A DNA stretch of 64,000 bases from Chiloscyllium plagiosum (lineage: Eukaryota), in NCBI RefSeq assembly GCF_004010195.1, contig NC_057749.1, positions 13,239,840 to 13,303,839 of the forward strand, read 5' to 3'. Below the pieces are notes generated by a model. The model had not been told where the DNA came from. It saw only the letters and a list, made by a program, of their open reading frames with translations, and did no database searches. Shown piece by piece: positions 38,401 through 51,501 of the stretch (the first letter of the stretch is position 1; each line of letters opens with the position of its first letter). A program made the translations under genes and the position numbers.

Positions 38401-40448
38401 AGATGGTGGGCTTTGAATTGCCATGGTGAGAGTTATCCTTGCCCCTGCACAGTCTGCCTCCTCCACTGGGATTTCAGCATAAACCCCTTATTCATTAGTG
38501 AACAGACGCACAGCATGCTGCACATTGCAGAGGAATGCCCCCCTATACAGATTAAGTAGCAAACTAATCACATTAAACTCAGCAAATGAGAAGGTATGGC
38601 TTATCTTCAGGCATTTGTATACTCATTAAAGAAATAAATCTCTCAACCCTTTGCACATAATTTGTATTTACGGCTGCTGGATATTGAGAAAGACATCGCA
38701 ATTGTGTTGTTTTTCATTTTATTGGGATGCTTTTTTCATTTTATTTACAGAGATGGCAGGGGAAATCCTCTGACGAGGTCAAACCTTTGAAGTTAGATGG
38801 TTACATGACAAAGCCTCCAGGAATTAGTCGAACTAGAGGTGGTAACCAATGTTAGTCCCGTTGTTGCTAACAATTTCTAATCTTAGACTGCAGTCCTTGT
38901 GTGAGTGAGGATACTGCGTGATGGGATAACTGCAGCTTTTGTAGCAGGTGTGACCTGTTTGTTGTTAGATCAGAGATCATTATCTGAATTGGAAGCACTT
39001 TTGTTACTATAATTAAAATGGCTAATTACACTCATTAACTTTCTTTTTATAATACATTTATTTTAAACAGTTCCTGTATGTAAATAGATCACATTATTAG
39101 TGTCTTTTTCTCTGTTTAGAACTGTATGCTGATAGCAACACTGTTTTTGGCTGTAACTCCTAAGTTCGTCATCCTCAAACACGCTTCAAAATTTAATAAT
39201 GATTTCACCTTTCACCACGTCAGATCAAGCTCCTAACAATTTGGACTGAAAGCTATTCTGGCATCTCGTCTTGGTGATTATTGCTCATAAGATTGCAAAG
39301 TTAGGCTTTTTGAAAAAATTCATTTGTGGGATGTGAGCATCGCTGGCCAACTTTGGTTGCCTGTCCTTCTTGCCCTTAAAGAGACTTTGTAGCACTTGGT
39401 ACAACTAAATGTCTGGCTCAGCCTTTTCAGAGGGCAATTGAGAGTCAGCCACATTGTGTGGGTCTGGAGTCACATGTAGGCCAGACCTGGCAAGCTTCCT
39501 TCCCTGAAGGGTATTAGTGAACCAGATCACTTTTTTCTGACAATTATTTCATGGTCACCCAGATATTTTTTACTGAATTCAAATTCCACCTGGGTCCCCA
39601 CAACACTAGCTGAGTTTCTGAATGAATAGTCTAGTGATAATACCACTAGGTCAACCATATTGGTTGAATTCCATTATCTTTCTGATAGTCCAACAATTTG
39701 CAAATGGGAAAAGGAACAGTTAGCACCTTAGAGGTCGGCGTCAATCGTTACAAGATTCATGACCTCATTGCAAGGGACCAAGGATTTGTAATGGGATGTA
39801 AGAGTGTGTTTTTATTCAGTACATTTACCATAGTCTTGGATTTGTGAATGTTGAAAGGGTCTATTATTGGATTCCCACAGTACATATAAATATAGGGATT
39901 AGGAGTAGGCCGTTCAGCCCTTCGAGCCTGCTGTATCATTCAATAAGGCCATGTCAATGATTCAGCAAACTTGTTTGTTGAGTTCTGAGTCCTATAGACC
40001 AGCACATGTTCAGTCTCTGTCACTAATCTGTGCTGATTTAGTTGAATTGGAGCATTGCTGCTTTGCAGCAGGTAACTGATTTTAAATACAAATGCAAAAG
40101 TAGGCTTTGCATATAATCTTTGGGGAAAGCTGGATTGTCAGATCACAGTATCCAGGGTTAGTGTGGCCCCAGTTTTAGATAATATTTTCTGTTGTTTTTT
40201 TTTTGAAATAATTTGCATCATCGATGGTCAAATAAAGAAATTGTTTAATTTGAAAGGATGCAGAAAAAATTTACAAGGATGTTGCCCGAGTTAGAGGGTT
40301 TGAGCTACAGGGAGAGGTGAATAGGCTGGGGCTGTTTTCCATGGAGTGTTGGAGGTTTGGGGTGACCTGATAGAGGGTTTTAAAATCATGAAGGACATGG
40401 GGGGCTGAATAGCCAAGACCATAGGTAGGGGAGTCCAAACTTAGAGGC

Positions 40449-40639
40449 TGAAACTTTATTGCTGGAACAGCACAGCAGGTCAGGCAGCATCCAGGGAACA
40501 GGAGATTCGACGTTTCGGGCACAGGCCCTTCTTCAGGAATGAGCAGAGAGTGTTCAGCAGGAGAAGATAAAAGAAGATATTGTTCCAGCAATAAAGTTTC
40601 AACTTTGATCTCCAGCATCTGCAGACCTCACTTTCTCCT
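40449..40639. mobile_element. PLE-derived element (family A) inserted in a CR1 LINE
   Basis: 13-bp TSD CAAACTTAGAGGC at 40436-40448 and 40640-40652. Carries the intact hammerhead motif. Confidence 0.8.
40505..40540 (-). ncRNA. Minimal (short stem III) hammerhead ribozyme motif, intact, family A
   Basis: AUUC-CUGAAGA-A-GGGC-CUGU-GCCC-GAA-ACGU-C-GAAU. Complete core, stem I AUUC/GAAU, stem II GGGC/GCCC, GUC cleavage triplet. Confidence 0.8.
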
Positions 40640-42783
40640 CAAACTTAGAGGCCACAGGTTTAAGGTGAGAAGGGAAAGGTTTAAAAGGGACCTAAGGGGC
40701 AACTTTTTCATGCAAAAGGTGGTGCGTGTATAGAATTAGCTGCCACAGGATCTGGTGGAGGCTGGTACAATTAAATGTTTAAAAGGCATCTTGACGGGTT
40801 CATGAATAGGAAGGATTTAGAGGGATTTAGGCCAGATGGTGGCAAATGGAACTAGATTTATTTAGCATACCTGGTCAGCATAGATGAGTTGGGCCAAAGG
40901 TTCTGTTCCCATACTGTACATCTCTATGACTATAAAATAAGTCAGAAATTTGAGAAGCTGTGAAGTAGAGTTTGCTAGACACGAGGAAACTGTCTTCAGT
41001 ATAGATTGCAACAAAGGTACTGTAGTGCTGTATTTGATGGGAAAGGTAATTACAATGTGACAAGTTTCCGTAGGAATTTATTATGACAAAACCTGATACA
41101 GAAGTATGATTTTTTAAAAATGGTGGAGTGGAGAGTTAAGGTTTTCAGAGAGGAAACCTGCAAGTGCATAAGATTGACTTCTATTTAAAATGGATAATGG
41201 AGCCTACATGTACTGTAGTTTAGAAGAATGAAAGTTTATCTAATTGAAACATAGAAAATTCTGAAGGGACTGACAGGGCAGACAGTGAATGATTGTTGCC
41301 TCTGGGAATCTAGAACACAGGGGCACAGTCTCAGGATAAGGACTGAATTGGACATTGAGAATATTTACATTATCTGTCCCAGAGGGCTGGGGAGGCTCTA
41401 TCATTTGAGTATGTGCAAAGTCAGGACAGATAGAGTTGTGATGTCTTCACAAATGAAGAGATTTGGGAAATGGGCAAGAAAGTGGAGTTGAGGCAGAAAG
41501 TCAACCATGACCATATTGAATGGCAGGGCTGGCTTGATGGGCCGAATGGCTTCGTTCTACTTTGATTTCTGATGTTCTTATGCTGCGTAGAAGTTTATAT
41601 TTGATAAGATGCAAAACATGACTTTTTATCTTTGGAAAATAATTAGAATTGAATGGAGTTAAAAATACACATAGTGCACAAATGTAAACAAGACTAAAGA
41701 TATCTACTATGTATCTAATGTACCAGTGGCTTGCCTGATGATTCATTTGGCAAAATGGAAAACTGAGCAAAGCCATGAGAAAGATCCCAGGTTCAAAGGA
41801 GCAGAATGAAACTATCGTTGGAAATATACCAGCTGAGGTCTTGATCAAAATCCCAGGAACTTCTGACTGGGCAATAGTATACAAACACCTTAACCCCACA
41901 GTTCGAGAAGCCTGCTCAATATAATGAGGGATGGGCAATAAATGCCCACCTTGGCAGTGCTGCCCACATCACAAAATCCCAATAGTGTTACAGCACAGAA
42001 GGAGACCATTCAGCCCTTTCAAACGAGCATCATCACTTATTGCCAATCTCTTGCTTTCCCCCCATACCCTTGCACATTATTTCTATCTGAAGAAGCATCC
42101 AATGCAGCCATGAAAACTTCGATTGAACCTGCCTCCACCCCGATTCTCGGCTTTGCATTCCTTACCCTAACCACTCACTATATGAACCATGAATGAATGA
42201 GTTAAGAAATGATTGGTTATTAATAAATTGGAAAACGCATGTGACCTACTGGTGGTGGTTAATGGATGGAAAAATACCATGAGTGATTTGGTGATGGGAA
42301 AATAAATTTAGTTGATTGTTAGAGCACTTGCAGATATAAAGAAAGAGATTTGAAGAGGGGTAATGCAGTTGGCCTTTGTCGATTTTTATAGGAATGCCTG
42401 GAGATTGGTACTGCCTCTTGAGGCACCATCTCTTTGAGAAGTTTCTTTTATTTGTTCTAGGGATATGGGCATCACCATCTGAACCAGCACTTCTTGCCCA
42501 TCCCTAATTGCACCACAGAAGGTGGTGGTGAGTGACAACTGTGATCCTTGAAATGTAGCAACATGCACAGTTCTGTTAGGGTGGGATTTCCAGGGTTTTG
42601 ACTCTGCGATAGGGAAGGGACAAAAAGTGTGGTGCATCTGAGGAGCATATAAAGATATGCGATGTATAGATAGGGTTAATGGTCAGACTTTTTCCCAGCG
42701 TTGAAATGTCTAATACCAAGGGACATAGTGAGAGGGGGAAAGTTCAAAGGAGATGTGAAGGGCAAGTTTTTTACACAGAATAG

Positions 42784-43525
42784 CAGCAAAAACAACATGT
42801 GACCAGAAACCCTAGCCACTCTCCCCTACATCAAAGACATCTCGGAAATGACTGCCAGACTACTCAGACTACTTGGCATCATGGTAGCCCATAAACCCAC
42901 CAACACACTAAAGCAGCAGCTAATGAACTTGAAAGACCCTATACAGACAACAAGCAAAACTAATGTCATTTACAAAGTACCGTGCAAGAACTGTAACAAA
43001 CACTACATTGGACAAACAGGCAGAAAACTAGCCACCAGAATACATGAACATCAACTAGACACAAAATGACGTGATCCTCTCTCACTAGTATCCTTACATA
43101 CAGATACGGAATTCTAGATTAGAGTGGTGCTGGAAAAGCACAGCAGTTCAGGCAGCATCCAAGGAGCAGGAAAATCGACGTTTCGGGCAAAAGCCCTTTA
43201 TCAGGAATAGTAAGGAAGGACACCACTTTGACTGGAACAACACATTCATCCTCGGACAAGCCAAATAGAGACACACATGAGAATTCCTAGAAGCATAGCA
43301 TTCCAACTGGAACTCTATCAACAAACACATTGACTTGGGCCCAATTTACCATCCCGAAGAAAAAGAATGGGAAATGACATCACCAACCCAAAGAAACCCA
43401 AACATATAAATAGATAGCAGGAATCATCAGCAGTACTTCATCCGGGGACTCACTGAAGATGTTACCTAGGTTGGTGATGAAACCTCTGAAAATGAACCTT
43501 CCAGTTCAGTGAGCAAACCCACATC
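42784..43525 (+). mobile_element. Penelope-like element 3' fragment (GIY-YIG endonuclease remnant + 3' end)
   Basis: Translates to TLPYIKDISE...NVIYKVPCKNCNKHYIGQTGRKLATRIHEHQ, a PLE GIY-YIG signature. Flanked by CAGAATAG at 42776-42783 and 43526-43533. Inserted in a CR1 fragment. Confidence 0.85.
43450..43489 (+). ncRNA. Degenerate hammerhead motif, family D, downstream of the Penelope GIY-YIG ORF
   Basis: UCA-CUGAAGA-U-GUUACC-UAGGUU-GGUGAU-GAA-ACCU-C-UGA. Stem I UCA/UGA, stem II includes G-U pairs. Confidence 0.55.
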
Positions 43526-45064
43526 CAGAATAGTAACAGTCTGGGAGCGCACTGCCAGGTGTGATGGTGGAGACAGCTTTAATAGTGATGTTTAAAGGAC
43601 TTTTAGATAAGCATTTGAATATGAAAGGAATGGAAGAATATGGACTAAGGGCAGGTAGAAGAGATTAGTTTAATTTTGCATCATGTTTGGTGCAGCATTA
43701 TGGGCCGAAGGGCCTGTTGCTGTGCTGTACTGTTCAATATTTTGTGTAATTGTTTGGTTTTTATTTTCATGATTCTCTAAATAGGGGCTCAGTTCTACAG
43801 CCAATGGATAATATTAAAGCTACCACTACCTTTCAGACATATGACACTGTGTACAAACTGCATCTATTGACAAGATGTCCATCATTTCCACGCCGCCTCA
43901 CATAGAAGTCTTAGCAAACCAACCCACAATATCCAAGCAACTTGATCAGAATCAGCCTTGTATTTTTACTTTATTATTTGAAGTAGGCCAGGAGGTTTGG
44001 TAAAAAAAAATGGAGTTGTCCCATTGGTAAATATATTCCAGATCAGAAAGCCAAGATCAGTTGGCGACATTAACTTGAGATGTAAACAAATTAATGAGAT
44101 CTTTGAGCTAAATGTTGTATATGGCCAGAGGTTTCAAAGGAGCTTCAAAACTTGGACATCATCTTTGACACCATATGCTTCTATCTAACAGTTCCTTTAA
44201 TCACAGTAAGTAGAAGCAGGCAAGTTATGCTAAGTATTTATAGATTGATGGCTTGGTCCCAACTTGAATAGAGTATTGCCTCTCAATGCTCTACTGCTAC
44301 TGCTCCTCGGGTGCTGCCTGAACTGCTGTACTCTTCCAGCACCACTAATCCAGAAAATTGCCTCTCAAGTCTGGGCAACACACTTTGGGAAGAATGGTAA
44401 AGAAACAGAGGATGCAGAGGAGATGTCAGAAATCAGGGGGTTGAGTTCAAACAGAATATTAAACTGTGGTTGTTCTTCTGCAAGTAGGGAAGGTAAGCAG
44501 AACATTTAAAGGGAGTTGCTTAAAATCAGTGCTAAGAAGAAGAAACTGTTTATGCTGATGGAAGGGCCATTAAGCAAAAGGCACACGTGTAATATAATTG
44601 ACATAGAATCAGTAAGGAAATGTGAGATTGTTTTCTTATGGAGTGAGTTATGGTTTGGACACAGAACCTTGGAGGAAACAGGTCTGATAGTAATTTCTAA
44701 AAGGGAATTGAACAAGAGTCATAGAGTCATGCAGCACAGAAGCAGACCCTTAGGTGCAACTTGCCCATGCTGTCCAGGTTTCCCAAACTAAGCTAGTCCA
44801 ATTCACCAGAATTTGGTCCATGTCCCTCTAAATCTTTCCTATCCATGCACCTGTCCAAATGTCTTTGAAATGTTGTAATTGTAGCCACCTCGAACACTTC
44901 CTCTGGCTTGAACAGAGAAAAAACTATTGCAGGGCCATAGGAAAAATCTGAGGCTATGGAGCTAATTGGTTTTCTTTTCCTGCACAAATGTAATGGATTG
45001 AATAGCCTCCTTCTTCCCTGTAAACACCCCCTTTTGGACAAGATGTTGCCCCTCAAGCATCCGC

Positions 45065-45564
45065 NNNNNNNNNNNNNNNNNNNNNNNNNNNNNNNNNNNN
45101 NNNNNNNNNNNNNNNNNNNNNNNNNNNNNNNNNNNNNNNNNNNNNNNNNNNNNNNNNNNNNNNNNNNNNNNNNNNNNNNNNNNNNNNNNNNNNNNNNNNN
45201 NNNNNNNNNNNNNNNNNNNNNNNNNNNNNNNNNNNNNNNNNNNNNNNNNNNNNNNNNNNNNNNNNNNNNNNNNNNNNNNNNNNNNNNNNNNNNNNNNNNN
45301 NNNNNNNNNNNNNNNNNNNNNNNNNNNNNNNNNNNNNNNNNNNNNNNNNNNNNNNNNNNNNNNNNNNNNNNNNNNNNNNNNNNNNNNNNNNNNNNNNNNN
45401 NNNNNNNNNNNNNNNNNNNNNNNNNNNNNNNNNNNNNNNNNNNNNNNNNNNNNNNNNNNNNNNNNNNNNNNNNNNNNNNNNNNNNNNNNNNNNNNNNNNN
45501 NNNNNNNNNNNNNNNNNNNNNNNNNNNNNNNNNNNNNNNNNNNNNNNNNNNNNNNNNNNNNNNN
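45065..45564. other. Assembly gap (500 N)
   Basis: Run of N. Confidence 0.99.
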
Positions 45565-46129
45565 ATACAAAGACCATAAGAAATGGAATAGGATGTTTAA
45601 TGTTCGAGCCAGCTCCACCAATCAGTAAGATCACTGCTGATCAGATGATATTCCTTGTGTCCACTTTCCTGCCGTAACCCTTGGTTTTCCTACTGATCAA
45701 ACCTCTATCTATCTCAGCCTGAGGTATAAACAAGGACTGTACCCCCACAGCTCTCTGTGGCAAGGAGTTCCAAAGACTCACAACCCTCTGATAGAAGAAA
45801 TTCCTCAGTCTTAAACTGGCGGCCTTTTATTCTGAGACTATGCCGCCTGATCCAAGAGTCTCCCATGAGGAGAAACGTCCTCTCAGCATTTACCTCGTCA
45901 AACCCTTTAAGAATCCGAGATGGCATGAAAATGGAGGCCCTGTTACTAAGAATCCAGGTGAGAGGGCATACAGGAGCAAACAGGTCAATGACCTTCTGCT
46001 GTTGTTGCTGGTCACTTGTGTGACTCAAACATTTTGTTCATTCGTTCCAGGAGAGATACTCTCAAGCTGCAGTTCAGAAGGGTCATCCACTTTGACATTT
46101 CTCACCTAAAACATCCCCTCCTTGGACTT

Positions 46130-46271
46130 CTAAATGGGTCTGGAATCTACATCTTGCTTTTTGATGCTGGAGCTGACCGACAGTATCTCCCTGATGTCAA
46201 TTGCTCTATGTGCTGTCACTGTGTAGTACAAGCTGCTGTTCCTCTGGTTGTTTCTTTTTTGTCTCCGTTTC
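46130..46271 (-). CDS. nrg4: NRG4 cytoplasmic-tail exon to stop codon
   Basis: cacttacag|G AAA CGG... is in phase with the TM exon. Encodes (R)KRRQKRNNQRNSSLYYTVTAHRAIDIREILSVSSSIKKQDVDSRPI*. It has a basic stop-transfer cluster, and QRNSSLYY resembles human QRASSVQY. Confidence 0.7.
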
Positions 46272-47531
46272 CTGTAAGTGCAAGAAACTATGAATAATTC
46301 ATGTGTCCAACACTTGTCTTCAGCACTTGCTGCGAACTGTGCAATTCTGCAAAGAGTAAGCTATGTACCTTGGAGTGATGTGGGTGGAGGACTTTCTTCA
46401 TCTTATCCCAAACTCTGGGTGTCCAGACCCTCACTCACACATCTATCGCCCCTGTGTTCACTGATCAACATTGGCTCCAAGTCCGGCAGCATCTCAGTTT
46501 TTTATTCTCACCTCTGCTTTCAAATCGCTCTATGACTTTGCCCCTCTCTATCTGTAATCTCCTCCTACAACCCTCTGTGTTCCTCCATTTCTGGTCTCTT
46601 GAGAAAGCCAGTATTTTAATCACTCCAATCATTGATGGTTGTACCCTGAGCTGCCTGGGCTCTGAACTCTGAAATTGCCCTCCTAAATGTACCCGGCTCT
46701 CCTAGTTCCCATTCATCCTTTAAGATGTTCCCTAACAAACTCCTCTTCAACACATTTTTATGTGGCTCCCTTAATGTAACCTGGCGTGAAGATTCCTTTG
46801 ATAATGTGTCTATGGAGCTGCCAGGGACCTGTTGCTCTGCTAAGGTGCTATTTAATCCAATGCTTCCCCACCATGGTGAAACATCTTGGTGACACTCAGT
46901 GATGCCCTGGAATATCACCAGAGCCTCAGTCAGAGGGTTGTATGTTCAAGTCCCACATTGGGGACTTGTACACAAAATGCAGTCTGACAATTCCAGTGCT
47001 TGGGGAGGTGTTGCCATTTTGTCTAGTAACCCAGAAGTCCAGTCCAATGCTATGGGGACGTGGATGCAAGTCCCACCAGGACATCTAATGGCTTTTGTAA
47101 TCAGTTACTAAAATCTGTAATCATGTATCTAGGTTCAGTCATAGTGACTACGAAACCATTGCCAATTGTCATTTGGCTAATTAATGCCCCTTATAGAAGA
47201 CCTACTTGTAACTCCACACCAATGTGACTGACTTCACTGAAATGGCCATTACAAGCCACTCAGTTCTAGGGCAGTTAGGTGTGGACAACAAATGTAATGC
47301 CCACATCCCATGGAAGGATAAAATAAAACTGTTGGAAGAGCCCCCTGAGACATTAAACCAATGCCCTACCTGCCCTTATGATTGGATGTAAAGGATCACA
47401 TGGTTAATTCAGAGACCAACAGGGGAGTTTTCCTAGTGCCCTGACTGACAGGAATTCCTCATTCAACACAATAAGCTAGATTATGTAGAGCAGTAATTAA
47501 TTGCTGCTTGTGGACGTTTGCTGTGCACATA

Positions 47532-47770
47532 TGTAGTGTGCAGTGATTGGAACAATGTCAACTAGGTGGCTATCATTGAAGTTTCCTGATTGGGGCCATT
47601 AACCTGGATGAAACAGGGCGTTCTGACTGACAGATATAAACAGGAGTGTCAAGGGTTCTGTTCACTCTAAGAGCTGGCTCTAAGTTAGCTGGTTCAGAGT
47701 CCATGTACTATGCATGTGTAAATAATGGGTGACTTAATGACAGGATACCAACCTTGGTGGAATTATTTCA
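47532..47770 (+). mobile_element. Possible short solo LTR inserted into a Deu-type SINE
   Basis: TG...CA, ~240 bp, with GATATAAA and an AATAA-like motif. It interrupts Deu-SINE-like sequence. TSD unclear. Confidence 0.4.
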
Positions 47771-48436
47771 CACTGCATTTCCCACAGTTCAACAAGTACC
47801 TAATTGACTGTAAAGCCCTTTGGGATATCCTGAAGTTGTGGAAGGTGCTAAATAAATGTCAGGTCTTTTCTGCCCAGTCTAATACAGGAAACAATATCTA
47901 GCTGAACAAGGGGGTATGCTGTTGAATTTTTTCATCTTCATCACTCATCAGGATACAACACAAGAATACTAAATTTCAAAAGGAGCAACAGAGTGTTGAT
48001 TAGTTGGCCTGTCGACTCTGATTCGTTGCAAGGCTGCCATGGATTATGCATTTGGGAACTATTCTCCCTGAGCCTTTGTTTAATTCAACAATTGAAAAAA
48101 ATTCAAATATTCACATCCTATACTACCATATATCAAAGAATGCAATCATTGGTAATATGGAGAGGTACCTGACAACCAATAGCATTTTGGGCTAATCCTA
48201 ACAAATATTCTGAGTTTCAGAAAAGATGAAGGCAGCTGAAGACTCAGAGAAGGCTCGAAGCAGGTCATGTGCTGTGTCTTAGGATATATGATAAAAATGT
48301 ACCAGTAGACTATTTATGAGCAGAGGAAAACTAAGACGTCTTGCCTCTATCCTGCTCCCTTCCTCCCTATTCAATCCCAGCCATACTGATGCATTTTATT
48401 GTCAGGCCAGATCAGCAGTTAATCAGGTACACTCAC

Positions 48437-48592
48437 CTGCAGTAGAAGTGTGCTATACCAAGTGTTATGGCGAACACAATAATCAAAGCCACCACAATAA
48501 CAACGATCAGTGATGGACTTATAGCCCTATGTAATTGATGGCTCGGTAGCAAGAACTCTTCACATCGGCTTCCTTGGAAGCTGTCATCACAC
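48437..48592 (-). CDS. nrg4: NRG4 EGF C-terminal + transmembrane exon, 156 nt
   Basis: ccctag|G TGT... Encodes CDDSFQGSRCEEFLLPSHQLHRAISPSLIVVIVVALIIVFAITLGIAHFYC, then AG|gtgagt. Matches human CVENYTGARCEEVFLP...FYFLCR. FBXO22-NRG4 adjacency is also seen in human. Confidence 0.9.
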
Positions 48593-48834
48593 CTAGGGAA
48601 GATATTACTCTGAATTAGCCCAGATAACAGAACAAGAGACTGAGGGTGGATCACATCATGGTTAGTATGATTGACAAGCATCAGCTAACATCCATCCAGG
48701 TCAGAGCTGAAGGCAAATGAAGGAACATAGGAATGGACCTGCCATTTAGCCCTTACTCCTTTTAGGAATATAAGAGCAAGAGGAGGCCATTCGGCCCTTT
48801 GAGTCTGCTATGCAATTCAATACGCTTATGGCTG

Positions 48835-49442
48835 TGTGACGATGCTGCTCCTTTAACAAGGTTATGTTGTCCTTGGTATTTTTCAAGAGGGGTTATAAAA
48901 GGCAGAGGTTCCGATTTGTCTGAGGTAAGGCCACTTTGATTATGGCTAACAGATCCTGCCGAAGGCAATAATCAGAATTTTTAAACAAAGCACTTGTACA
49001 ATGAAAGGGGAGTGGCCAGTTCTTCCAGTTCAGGGATTTTTCTAGTTTGATTTAGCTTTGGGGATCTCGAGAAGTAGCTGCTGGAGTGTGAAGCAGTTCC
49101 ATGCTGATTCTCTCTCTCTGACATCTCTCTTGTAAGAACCTGGGTTTGAAGTTACCTTTTTTGTCAGGGGGGTGTTTATGGGGATGTTGTAGGAAATCGG
49201 AGCAGCATCATTAAGTTGCGATAGAGTTGGTGGGGTTTTCAGATAGGTTAAGTTATTCTATATTCTGTTCTCTTTTGTCTGTGTTTCATTCAGTAGTCTG
49301 TAAATAAGTTCTGTTTTGATTGAAACTGAGTGGTCTGATCAGCTGCATCCCTCCTGGAATATCCACTTTACACCTGCTTAAAACAACTAGCAAAGTTAGG
49401 GTCTGGGCTACCTTCTTGAAATGTTTTGAGGGGTGCATAACA
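48835..49442. mobile_element. Solo LTR (608 bp) in an NRG4 intron
   Basis: TG...CA ends (TGTGAC...CATAACA). Perfect 5-bp TSD GGCTG at 48830-48834 and 49443-49447. TATAAAA near 48894. Interrupts a CR1 tail. Confidence 0.8.
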
Positions 49443-51501
49443 GGCTGCCTGATTATGGTCTCAACTTCCATTTTCCTGTTAACTCTAGACTGCTTTGTCC
49501 ATCGAAAATCTATCCAACATAGCCTGGAATAAATCCAATGACCACCACTCCACTGTTTCCGCAGACAGTCTCTGCGAGAAAACATTTCCCATCATCTCCA
49601 TCCTAAATGTGAGAGCCTCTTATCTTTAGCGTGTCCCCTTGTTCATGTGTCTTCCACAAGAGGAAACATCCTTCCAGTCCTCAATCAGAATCCCATACAT
49701 TACAATAAATCTCTCATTCTTCTCGACGCCAACCCTTTAAACATTTCTTCTTTAAGTGAACCCTTCACCCTAGGAATTGAACTAGGAAGTGAATTACATC
49801 TGAACAGCTTCTAGTGCAATTATATTCTTTTGCAAATACAATTATTCAAAAGTGTGCATTTGGAGAAAAGTAATCTGTATCTTAACTTCATTTAATAACT
49901 CTGAATTCCAAGGTAAAATGGTAGTGTGGTTTAGTGTTGCTGTCCAATAATCCAAATGCTGTGGGTCAAGGGTTCAAATCCCATCATGGTGGCTGGTGAG
50001 CAAATGTTGAATATAAAGCTATTATCAAATTGGCATAAAAGGCCAACTGGTATCAGTAATACTTTTAAGCAACGAAACCTGCAGGTTTGGCCGTTTTGTG
50101 ATTCCAGGCTCCTAGTAATATGGTTGACTCTTAACTGCCTTCTGAAAATAGCTGAGTAAGTCACTAAGAGGCAATTAAGGAGGGACTTTCCAGTAATGCC
50201 TACACCCCAACCAAAGAAGCGTGTCGCTGTCAAGCATCCATCAATCTCAGTTCTGAATTTTCAGTTGACCCTCCAGTCTAATGAGAGATCAGAACTTGAC
50301 TTAGACATGATGACTCCCACACTTGAATGACTTGATGCCAGCTCCTAACTTTTGCCTCTCCAAAACCTTTCTACCAACTCACAAGGCACATGTCGTGAGT
50401 GTGAAGCATTACTCCCTGCTTGTCTGGGCCAGTGCAGTTTCAGCAACACAAATGCATCTCAACACCATCCAGGATAAAGCAGCTAGCTTGTTCAAGACCA
50501 CATTTATTGAGTAACAGTCATAGAGTAATACAACACAGAAACAGACCTTTTGGTCTAACCAGTCCATGCTAATCATAATCCCAAACTAAACTAGTCCCAC
50601 CTGCCTGCGCTTGGCCCATATCCCTCCAAACATTTGTTATTCATGAACTTACTTAAATATCTTTTAAATGTTGTAACTGTACTCACATTCACCACTTCCT
50701 CTGGAAGTTCATTCCACACACAAACTACTCACCTTTTAAAAAAATCTTTCTCCTCTCACCTTAAAAATATGTCCCCTAGTCTTGGAATCCCCCACCCTAG
50801 AAAAATGACACCTGCCATTCACCTTATCTATACCCCTCATGATTTAATAAACCTCTATAAGGTCACCTCTAGACTCCAGTGAAACAAGTCCCAGCTATCC
50901 AGCTTTTCCTTATAACTCAAAGTCTCCATTCCTGGCAATATCCTGGTAAATCTCTTTGAATCCTTTCCTGCTTAATAATATCCTTCCTATAGCAAAGCCA
51001 CCAGAATTGGACACAGTAGTCCAGAAAAGGTCTCATCAACATCTTGTACAACCTCAATATAACATCCCAATTCTTAGACATTCACTCCTTGTACCTCCAG
51101 CGCACAGTGGCAGCCTTGATCATAATGAATTGTGGACAAGGCTCAAGGGGTCAAACAGCCTACACTTGCTCCCATCTTCTATGTTTCTACATAAGGATCT
51201 GGGCCACTCAATTTCAGTCCCTTACAATGAACAGGCCGAGTTCTCACCACACCTGGTGATGGGCTTTTGCCCAAAACGTTGATTTTCCTGCTCCTCGGAT
51301 GCTGCCTTACCTGCTGTGCGTTTCCAGCACCACTCTAATTTAGACTCTCACCACACCACACCAGAGCTCGATTTGAATTTCCCACAGAGGGGCCTCCTAC
51401 TGCACCCTCCATCTCTATGGACCACCATGTCCACTGTAGGTAATGATTTTGTTGGGGTCTGATTCCGATTGTTTACAGACTGAGGGCTACGTTTGACTTA
51501 C

